Positions 35,061 to 42,461 of a stretch of DNA of 56,249 bases are shown in pieces (the first letter of the stretch is position 1; every line of letters starts with the position of its first letter). The DNA lies in NCBI GenBank assembly GCA_016186695.1, contig JACPLC010000009.1:1-56249 (forward strand). Reading direction: 5' to 3'. The notes under the pieces were generated by a model, which did no database searches, was not told the DNA's origin, and worked only from the letters and a program-made list of their open reading frames with translations. Origin of the DNA: Candidatus Kaiserbacteria bacterium. Lineage in GTDB: Bacteria > Patescibacteriota > Minisyncoccia > Phycocordibacterales > UBA2100. The translations under genes and the position numbers were made by a program.

Positions 35061-35453
35061 ATGCCGCACGCTCTCACCGCGGCGAGTGGTCAGATGATCA
35101 TGACCCGCAAATGTATCGGTGTGAGTTGCGTAGAGTTCGTTTGCTTTCTGAATCCGTCGGAACGCGTACGTCTGCTTAGCGGAACAGAGCTGAGTTTTGT
35201 TTCCTGCGTCTACTATCTCGCCGAGCGCGGGATTCGTGCGCTTAGAGTAAGGCGAGCGATCATGCGATGGGAGGGCGAAACAGTCCCGTATCGCGGGATC
35301 CTTAAATTCGCGGACGGTACGAGAATGCCGTTGAATCACCTGCTCGGTTGGCAGGGTGCTCTCGTCGAGTTCGTCCCCACCTGCAAGGGCAGGTTCGAGT
35401 TGTTGTCCGAAGTGGAGCAACAACTTCACAGGCAGGGTATCGTTCAGATGTGA
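35061..35453 (+). CDS. Hypothetical protein
   Basis: The ORF ends just before a strong terminator. Start uncertain (35061 or 35094). No family recognised. Confidence 0.4.
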   Translation: MPHALTAASGQMIMTRKCIGVSCVEFVCFLNPSERVRLLSGTELSFVSCVYYLAERGIRALRVRRAIMRWEGETVPYRGILKFADGTRMPLNHLLGWQGALVEFVPTCKGRFELLSEVEQQLHRQGIVQM

Positions 35454-35463
35454 TTCTATCGGT

Positions 35464-35497
35464 GGCCGGCGCGTACGCGCGCCGGCCCCGCTTTTTT
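35464..35497 (+). terminator. Rho-independent terminator
   Basis: ggccggcgcg-ta-cgcgcgccggcc followed by ccgctttttt. Confidence 0.75.
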
Positions 35498-35591
35498 ATA
35501 CGTGCGGTATCTAGTACAGTACTCCGATGGCAGGTTTCCCCGGTACCACAAGTCCTCCGGACTTGGCTACGGGGCAGGCAAACTTTTGTCT

Positions 35592-37658
35592 ATGAAATCT
35601 TCGAACATATTTACATTGAAGAGCGATTATCGACCCGCTGGAGATCAGCCGAAGGCTATTGAGGCGCTTGTAGACGGGCTTGAGAAAGGGAAGCGAGATC
35701 AGACGCTTCTCGGTGTTACCGGCTCGGGAAAGACCTTTACGGTGGCCAACGTCATCCAAAAATGGCAGAAACCGACGCTTGTCATCGCGCACAACAAGAC
35801 GCTCGCGGCACAGCTTGCCGCGGAGTATCGCGAATTCTTTCCCAAGAATGCAGTCCACTACTTCGTTTCCTATTACGACTTCTACCAGCCGGAAGCGTAC
35901 GTACCTATTACCGATACCTATATCGAGAAAGAGGCACAGATCAACGAGGACATCGAGCGCCTCCGGCATGCGGCGACGCAGGCACTCCTGACGCGTAGTG
36001 ATGTCATCATCGTCGCTTCGGTTTCTTGCATCTACGGCCTCGGCTCGCCGGTAGAATACGAAAAGGTCAATCTCAAGCTCAGAAAGGGCGAGGCAATGAC
36101 GCGCGCGACCTTGACGCGCAAACTCATCTCTATTTATTTCGAACGCACAGCAGGCGACCTTTCGCCGGGTACCTTCCGCGCGCTCGGGAGCCGCGTCGAG
36201 TTGATGCCCGCGAGCGAGCGGGTCATTTACCGGCTCGACCTCACCGGCGGGAAGATCGCAAAGATGGAGGAGATCGATGCAACGACGAGGGAGATTGGCG
36301 CGAAGCATGATGCGATTTTCGTATTTCCTGCGCGGCAGTACGTGACACCGAAAGATGTGCAGGACGCCGCGCTTGCCGACATAGAGTTGGAGCTTGCCGA
36401 GCGACTCAAGATACTGAACGCCGCAGGGAAAATCCTCGAGGCAGAGCGCTTGAAACGACGCACGCGGCAGGACATTGCGATGATCCGCGAGTTCGGTTTT
36501 TGTAGCGGGATCGAGAACTACTCGCGACACTTCGACCGCCGAAAGCCCGGCGAGCCGCCCTACACGCTTTTGGATTATTTTCCACACGACAAAGAGGGGA
36601 AGCCCGAATTTCTCACCGTTATCGATGAATCGCATGTGACCGTCCCGCAGATCGGCGGCATGTACGCGGGCGATCGGTCGCGCAAGCAGACGCTCGTCGA
36701 GCACGGTTTCAGGCTTCCGAGTGCCGTCGACAATCGCCCGCTCATGTTTGAAGAATTCGAAAAGCGGATAGGGCAGATCATGTACACGTCGGCGACCCCC
36801 GCGGCGTACGAACTTTCGCGAAGCGGTACGCCTGTGGAGCAGGTCATCAGACCAACCGGACTCGTCGATCCCGAGATCATCGTTCGCCCGATTGTCAGTG
36901 AAAAGGGGGAGATCGTATCTCCCGATATATCGGGAGATACGATCTCCCGACATCCCTATCCGGGGCAGGTAAAAGATTTCATTGCCGAGGCCGAGGCAGT
37001 GACAAAGCGCGGCGCACGTTCGATGGTCACGGTGCTAACGAAGAAGATGGCAGAAGACCTGACGCAGTTTCTCGTGGAGCGCGGCGTAAAGGCCCGCTAC
37101 GTGCATAGCGATGTGAAGACCATCGAGCGTATCGAGATTCTGCGAGATTTCCGGAAAGGCGTGTTCGATGTGCTGGTCGGCGTCAATCTCCTGCGAGAAG
37201 GGCTCGATCTGCCGGAAGTGGAACTCGTCGGCATACTGGACGCCGACAAAGAGGGATTCCTGCGCAGCGAAACATCGCTCATCCAAACCATCGGCCGCGC
37301 GGCGAGGAACGTGCGCGGCCGCGTGATTCTCTACGCCGACACCTCGACTGGCTCGATGGAGCGTGCGATAGGCGAGACGAACCGCCGGCGCGAGATTCAG
37401 ATCACCTACAACAAGGCGCACAAGATCACGCCAAAAACCATCGAGAAACGCATCCACGACATCGTGGGCGACATCGAACGCTCGCGGAGACGCGCGATAC
37501 AGGAGCTCACGCGGATGGACACGCATGCGTTCGCCGGCGATACGGAGAAATTGGTCAAAGAAAAGCGCAGGCAGATGCATGAGGCTGCCGACCGTCTCGA
37601 CTTCGAGACAGCGGCTCTTATTCGTGATGAAATTAGAGCACTGGAGCAGGCCAAGTAG
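35592..37658 (+). CDS. uvrB: Excinuclease ABC subunit B
   Basis: GDQPKAIEAL, GVTGSGKTFT, DESH, helicase motifs, C-terminal UVR domain (LDFETAALIRDEIRALE). Confidence 0.93.
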   Translation: MKSSNIFTLKSDYRPAGDQPKAIEALVDGLEKGKRDQTLLGVTGSGKTFTVANVIQKWQKPTLVIAHNKTLAAQLAAEYREFFPKNAVHYFVSYYDFYQPEAYVPITDTYIEKEAQINEDIERLRHAATQALLTRSDVIIVASVSCIYGLGSPVEYEKVNLKLRKGEAMTRATLTRKLISIYFERTAGDLSPGTFRALGSRVELMPASERVIYRLDLTGGKIAKMEEIDATTREIGAKHDAIFVFPARQYVTPKDVQDAALADIELELAERLKILNAAGKILEAERLKRRTRQDIAMIREFGFCSGIENYSRHFDRRKPGEPPYTLLDYFPHDKEGKPEFLTVIDESHVTVPQIGGMYAGDRSRKQTLVEHGFRLPSAVDNRPLMFEEFEKRIGQIMYTSATPAAYELSRSGTPVEQVIRPTGLVDPEIIVRPIVSEKGEIVSPDISGDTISRHPYPGQVKDFIAEAEAVTKRGARSMVTVLTKKMAEDLTQFLVERGVKARYVHSDVKTIERIEILRDFRKGVFDVLVGVNLLREGLDLPEVELVGILDADKEGFLRSETSLIQTIGRAARNVRGRVILYADTSTGSMERAIGETNRRREIQITYNKAHKITPKTIEKRIHDIVGDIERSRRRAIQELTRMDTHAFAGDTEKLVKEKRRQMHEAADRLDFETAALIRDEIRALEQAK
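36907..36948. repeat. 42-bp perfect palindrome inserted in frame in uvrB
   Basis: gggagatcgtatctcccgata|tatcgggagatacgatctccc encodes ...GEIVSPDISGDTISR... between the conserved DPEI.VRP and the downstream domain. Confidence 0.85.
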
Positions 37659-37661
37659 AAT

Positions 37662-38582
37662 ATGCTGAAAATAAGAGAACATGTGCCGCTTGCGCAGAGA
37701 ACGACGTTCGGCATCGGGAAGACCGCCCGCTACTTTGTTGAAGTGAGGACGGAAGAGGAGATCAAAGAGGCTATTGCGTGGGCGCGTGCGAAAGGAGTCA
37801 GCCCAGTCGTTCTCTCCGGCGGAAGCAACGTGCTTCTCCCAGACGAAGAACTGGACGCGCTTGTCGTGAACGTCGTGAGTGATGATTTCTCGTTTGCCGA
37901 TACCGAGCTTGAGGCTGAAGCAGGATGCAATTTACTGCATCTCATCCGCGAGGCGGCCGAGCGGAATCTTGGCGGTTGGGAAAAGCTCGCAGGGATCCCC
38001 GGCACGATCGGCGGCGCAGTGCGCGGGAACGCGGGCGCGTTTGGGCCGGAGATCAAGGATTTTGTGGTGCGCGTGCGTGCGCTCGATATCGAGCTCGGTG
38101 AGACGCGCGAATTAGACAACGACGCGTGCGATTTCTCCTACCGCCACAGCTTTTTTAAAGATCATCCGGAATGGATTATCACGCGCGCGTGGGTGAAACT
38201 TGGGAAAGCTGATCCTGTCGCAAGCAAAGAGCTCATCGAAGAAACGATCCGCGAGCGCGAAAGGCGACACATCCAAAACGTGCGCGCGGCCGGCTCGTTC
38301 TTCGTGAACCCTGTCGCGCCAAAAGAGGTGCAGGAGCTGTTTGAAAAAGAAAAAGGGATGAAGTCGCGCGAGGGCCGCGTACCGGCCGGATGGCTTATCG
38401 AAAAGGTGGGCTTAAAGGGTGCGCGCGTGGGCGATGCCGTCGCGAGTGAGCAACATCCAAATTACATCAAGAACGACGGCGAGGCGACTGCCGCGCAGGT
38501 GAAGGAGCTCGCGCAAAAAATAAAAGACGCCGTGCATAAAGAATTTGGGATAGAGCTTCAGGAAGAAGCTGTTGTTTTATAA
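37662..38582 (+). CDS. murB: UDP-N-acetylenolpyruvoylglucosamine reductase
   Basis: PLAQRTTFGIGKTARYF, VLSGGSNVL, GGWEKLAGIPGTIGGAVRGNAGA, AGSFFVNP. Confidence 0.85.
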   Translation: MLKIREHVPLAQRTTFGIGKTARYFVEVRTEEEIKEAIAWARAKGVSPVVLSGGSNVLLPDEELDALVVNVVSDDFSFADTELEAEAGCNLLHLIREAAERNLGGWEKLAGIPGTIGGAVRGNAGAFGPEIKDFVVRVRALDIELGETRELDNDACDFSYRHSFFKDHPEWIITRAWVKLGKADPVASKELIEETIRERERRHIQNVRAAGSFFVNPVAPKEVQELFEKEKGMKSREGRVPAGWLIEKVGLKGARVGDAVASEQHPNYIKNDGEATAAQVKELAQKIKDAVHKEFGIELQEEAVVL

Positions 38583-38590
38583 TGTGCTAA

Positions 38591-38682
38591 TCTACGAATC
38601 ATGCGAATACAACGAATAGCTACGAATGATTCAGTCTTATTTGTAGACATTGGTAGATTTGTATCCATTTGTAGATTCGAAC
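38591..38682. repeat. Phased short direct repeats (CGAAT x4 at 9-10 bp spacing; TTGTAGA/GTAGA x3-4)
   Basis: CGAAT at 38595, 38604, 38613 and 38623. TTGTAGA at 38641 and 38669, GGTAGA at 38652. Confidence 0.5.
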
Positions 38683-39258
38683 TTATATATGTTTGAGTCA
38701 TACGCCGCGCGGACCCATGAGAAAATGAGAGAGGTTTTGATGGCTCCTGATGCCACGGGACCAGCGGTGCACTATCATATGATCCGCGGCGGTTCCGAGA
38801 AGCGGAACATCACCATCTGGGAATCGGGAACCGTCGGCAGCGAATATATTAAGGCGTACGGGCACTACCATGTGGACGATATGGACGAAACCTACTGGGT
38901 GCTCGCAGGCGAGGGCATCATTCTCCAGCAGAAGCTCGCGGATCCCGCCGTGCCCGACGTTGTCGAAGAATTCAAAGCAATCAAAGTGAAAGCCGGCGAT
39001 ACCGTCTACATGCCGCCGTACGTCGGCCACCTTGCGGTAAACATCGGCAAAACGTGGCTTGTGACGGCGGACGACAGCCCCGTGGAAGGCGCAGGAGATT
39101 CCGCCTCGATGCCGATCCACGCAAATTACGACATGGTCAAGAAAATGCGCGGCTTCGCGTACTACGTTGTCGAAAAAGATGGGCAACCCGCGCTTGTCCC
39201 GAACAAACTCTACAAAGAAGTCCGCAAAACTGATTTCGGAGGACTTCCTGTTGCCTGA
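38650..39258 (+). CDS. Cupin-type (archaeal-type) glucose-6-phosphate isomerase
   Basis: AYGHYH...ETYWVLAGEGIILQQ...GDTVYMPPYVGHLAVNIG parallels the cPGI motifs TKGHFH...EVY.ALKG.G.MLLQ...VVYVPPYWAHRTVN.G. The start may be ATG 38689. Confidence 0.7.
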   Translation: MVDLYPFVDSNLYMFESYAARTHEKMREVLMAPDATGPAVHYHMIRGGSEKRNITIWESGTVGSEYIKAYGHYHVDDMDETYWVLAGEGIILQQKLADPAVPDVVEEFKAIKVKAGDTVYMPPYVGHLAVNIGKTWLVTADDSPVEGAGDSASMPIHANYDMVKKMRGFAYYVVEKDGQPALVPNKLYKEVRKTDFGGLPVA

Positions 39259-39314
39259 AAGACCAATTTGAAGTATTACTCCCGCGGGCCCATCCCGGGC
39301 TAGGGAGTTGGGAA

Positions 39315-39587
39315 ATGACCAACATCATGCTTGTTGATGCCGATCAAACTCGCCGCGATCTCGCACAGACCGCATTGATCGGTCACGATCACATTGTCAC
39401 CGCACTCGGAGACAGCGCGGACGCGCTAGCATCTCTCCGCTTGGGTGGGTGGGATCTACTGATCACGACGGATCCAGGTCTGATCAAGGCTGTTCAGGCG
39501 GACCCGAACCTGAAGGACCTGAATTTCATGGGCGACCCAACGGGAGAACTCGTGGACGGACTTGCCAAAGGTCGTCCGCTGGTGTGA
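39315..39587 (+). CDS. Short CheY-like receiver-domain-like protein (atypical)
   Basis: IMLVDADQTRRDLAQTALIGHDHIVTALGDSADALASL...WDLLITTD resembles the first half of a receiver domain. Confidence 0.35.
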   Translation: MTNIMLVDADQTRRDLAQTALIGHDHIVTALGDSADALASLRLGGWDLLITTDPGLIKAVQADPNLKDLNFMGDPTGELVDGLAKGRPLV

Positions 39588-39689
39588 TGCTCGCAAAAAG
39601 TGAAAGAGGCTGCACGTCGCGGCCTCTTGTTGTTTATGATAAACTTACCGCACCTACCCCCTGTCGCAAATCAGGGGCTAGTTTGCGTT

Positions 39690-42461
39690 ATGACACCAGC
39701 AAAAAAACACGACAGCGACCCCGACGCTTCGGTCGGGGCCGGCAAAATCGTGGTGAAGGGTGCCCGCACCCATAATTTGAAAAACGTAACGGTTGAGATA
39801 CCGCGCAATAAGATGGTGGTGTTCACGGGCTTGTCCGGAAGCGGGAAGTCGTCTTTGGCATTCGATACGATCTTCGCCGAAGGTCAGCGCAAATACGTCG
39901 AGTCGCTTTCGGCGTACGCGCGGCAGTTTTTGCGCCAGATGCAAAAGCCTGATGTCGACGAGATCTCCGGCCTTTCTCCGGCCATTTCGATAGACCAGAA
40001 GAGCCGCTCCAACAACCCCCGCTCGACGGTGGCGACTATCACGGAGATTTACGACTACCTGCGTGTGCTCTATGCGCGTATCGGCCATCCGCACTGCCCG
40101 ACCTGTGGCAGGGAAGTGAGGAAACTCTCGAACGAAGAAATCCTTGAAACGGTGCTTGGTATTGTCGAAATCGCCCGAAAACACACAGCGCCAAAAGGCA
40201 AGCTCACAAAAGGCGTTTCGAGCGCAAAGGTCCGCATCAGCGCCCCGATGGTTGTCGGCCGAAAAGGCGAGTACTACCAACTCCTCTACGACATGCTTAA
40301 CAAAGGCTTCGAGAAAGCTATTGTGGACGGACAGGAAAAGTCGCTCCGCGAGCGCATCGAGCTCAAGAAGCACTTTAAGCACGACATTGATATCGTGGTC
40401 GATGAGATCTTTGTCTCGGAGTTTGCCGACGACCCGAAGGGGGCGCGCGAGCGTGCAAGCGAAGCAATAGAGCGCGCACTGCACGAATCGGAGGGCCTCG
40501 TGCGCATTACCGATGCGGCAGGAGAATCGCACATTGTTTCTGCGAAATTCATGTGTGCATACGACGGTTTTTCGTTTCCCGAGATAGAACCCCGCCTCTT
40601 TTCATTTAATTCCCCCTACGGAGCGTGTCCTGAGTGCAAAGGTTTAGGCACCAAATACTTCTTTGGCGACGAACCGTGCGATGTATGCAGAGGCGCGCGG
40701 CTTCGTCCCGAATCGCTCAACGTTTTTCTCGGCCCCTCCTCCGCCCCGCCTTCGCGTAAAGCTACGGACGGGCGCGGCAAGGCTACGGAGGGCAAGGCGG
40801 TTACGGGGATGGACATTGTAAAACTCTCCTCGCTCTCCATCGAGCATGCAATGGATTTTTTCAAAAAGCTGAAGCTCTCGAAGAAAGACGAAGAGATTTC
40901 GCGGGTGGTTATCAAAGAGATCACGAGCCGCCTGCAGTTCATGCTCAATGTCGGCATCGAGTACCTCACGCTCGATCGGAAGGCAAATACACTCTCCGGC
41001 GGCGAAGCGCAACGCATCAGACTTGCTTCCCAGCTCGGGAGCGGGCTTGTGGGCGCGCTCTACGTCTTGGACGAACCGACGATAGGGCTTCACCAGCGCG
41101 ACAACGACAAGCTCATCGAGACGCTGAAACACCTGCGCGATTTGGGGAACACAGTTCTCGTGGTAGAGCACGACGAAGATACGATTTTTGCCTCCGACTA
41201 CATCATCGATCTAGGGGTAGGAGCCGGAATTCACGGCGGTAGTATCGTTGCCTCGGGCTGGCTCGATCCTCTGCTTACGGCAAAAACCCTGAAGGAAATC
41301 CGCCAAAGGGCGGATTCCTACGGGGCAGGCGAACAAATCTCTCGGACGTTGCAGTACTTGAGAGGAGAATTGAAGATCGAGATGCCGGAGAAACGGCGCG
41401 CGGCAGACCGCGGCAAAATAAAGATCCGCGGCGCATCGAAGTTCAATCTCAACAAAATGAACGTGGACGTTCCGCTCGTAAAACTGGTCTGCGTCACCGG
41501 CGTATCCGGCTCGGGCAAATCCACCTTTCTCTACGAAATCCTCCATCGCAATTTACTGGCACGCTTCGATAAGCGCTATCGGAGCGCGAAGACCTACAAT
41601 GCTGCCGAGTTTTCGGGAACGGAATATCTTAGCCGTTCCATCCTTATCGACCAGTCGCCGATAGGCCGCACTCCGCGCTCGAATCCGGCGACCTACACTG
41701 GCGCATGGACGCACATCCGAGACATGTTTGCGATGAGTGAGGAGGCGCGTGCGCGCGGCTGGGGGCCGGGGCGCTTTTCTTTCAATGTGAAAGGCGGCCG
41801 ATGCGAGGCGTGTCAGGGGAACGGGCTCGTCGCTGTCGAGATGCACTTTTTGCCGACCGTCTATGTGACGTGCGACGTATGCAACGGCAAGCGATTTATG
41901 AAAGAGACATTGGAGGTGAAGATTAAAGGAAATACAAGAACCCGCCCGAACGACCGGTCGTCCGGTCGGGCGGGAAAGAGCATTCACGACATTCTCTCGA
42001 TGACGGTCGAGGAAGCGGGAAAATTTTTCGAGGACATTCCGGCAATCGCAGATCGTTTACAGACGCTCTCGGACGTCGGTCTTGATTACCTCGAGCTCGG
42101 CCAGAGCGCGACGACGCTCTCCGGCGGCGAGGCACAGCGCGTTAAAATTGCTTCAGAACTCTATCGGCCGCTCACGACGAAGACCATCTACCTTCTCGAC
42201 GAGCCGACCGTGGGTCTCCACTACGATGACGTCGCAAAACTCATCCAGATCCTGCAGAAGCTCGTCGAGCGCGGAAACACAGTCGTCGTGATTGAGCACA
42301 ACCTTGATGTTTTAAAGTGCGCAGATTACATCATCGACCTCGGCCCCGAGGGCGGCGCCGGCGGCGGCACAGTTGTCGCCAAAGGCACACCGGAGGAAGT
42401 CTCAAAAACCGACAGCTCGCACACGGGGTACTACCTCAAGCGTGTTCTTAAGAAGCGCTAA
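39690..42461 (+). CDS. uvrA: Excinuclease ABC subunit A
   Basis: GARTHNLKN, GLSGSGKSSLAFDTI, two ABC modules, zinc-finger cysteines (CPTCG, CPECKG, CEACQGNG...CDVCNG), LSGGEAQR x2. Confidence 0.93.
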   Translation: MTPAKKHDSDPDASVGAGKIVVKGARTHNLKNVTVEIPRNKMVVFTGLSGSGKSSLAFDTIFAEGQRKYVESLSAYARQFLRQMQKPDVDEISGLSPAISIDQKSRSNNPRSTVATITEIYDYLRVLYARIGHPHCPTCGREVRKLSNEEILETVLGIVEIARKHTAPKGKLTKGVSSAKVRISAPMVVGRKGEYYQLLYDMLNKGFEKAIVDGQEKSLRERIELKKHFKHDIDIVVDEIFVSEFADDPKGARERASEAIERALHESEGLVRITDAAGESHIVSAKFMCAYDGFSFPEIEPRLFSFNSPYGACPECKGLGTKYFFGDEPCDVCRGARLRPESLNVFLGPSSAPPSRKATDGRGKATEGKAVTGMDIVKLSSLSIEHAMDFFKKLKLSKKDEEISRVVIKEITSRLQFMLNVGIEYLTLDRKANTLSGGEAQRIRLASQLGSGLVGALYVLDEPTIGLHQRDNDKLIETLKHLRDLGNTVLVVEHDEDTIFASDYIIDLGVGAGIHGGSIVASGWLDPLLTAKTLKEIRQRADSYGAGEQISRTLQYLRGELKIEMPEKRRAADRGKIKIRGASKFNLNKMNVDVPLVKLVCVTGVSGSGKSTFLYEILHRNLLARFDKRYRSAKTYNAAEFSGTEYLSRSILIDQSPIGRTPRSNPATYTGAWTHIRDMFAMSEEARARGWGPGRFSFNVKGGRCEACQGNGLVAVEMHFLPTVYVTCDVCNGKRFMKETLEVKIKGNTRTRPNDRSSGRAGKSIHDILSMTVEEAGKFFEDIPAIADRLQTLSDVGLDYLELGQSATTLSGGEAQRVKIASELYRPLTTKTIYLLDEPTVGLHYDDVAKLIQILQKLVERGNTVVVIEHNLDVLKCADYIIDLGPEGGAGGGTVVAKGTPEEVSKTDSSHTGYYLKRVLKKR
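40733..40800. repeat. Family-B repeat inserted in frame in uvrA
   Basis: cccctcctccgccccgccttcgcgtaaagctacggacgggcgcggcaaggctacggagggcaaggcgg encodes PSSAPPSRKATDGRGKATEGKA. Confidence 0.75.
41941..41974. repeat. Family-A hairpin repeat (inverted orientation) inserted in frame in uvrA
   Basis: cccgcccgaacgaccggtcgtccggtcgggcggg is the reverse complement of the uvrC/tRNA copy minus 2 nt. It encodes TRPNDRSSGRAG between the conserved ...LEVKIKG and KSI.D.L.MTVEEA. Confidence 0.8.

Noticed and set aside
35513-35523. AGTACAGTACT palindrome upstream of uvrB as a possible LexA/SOS box.
   Set aside because: Only 11 nt, and the arm spacing does not match known LexA motifs (GAAC-N4-GTTC; AGTAC-N4-GTWCT type). 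No similar sequence lies upstream of uvrA or uvrC in this window.
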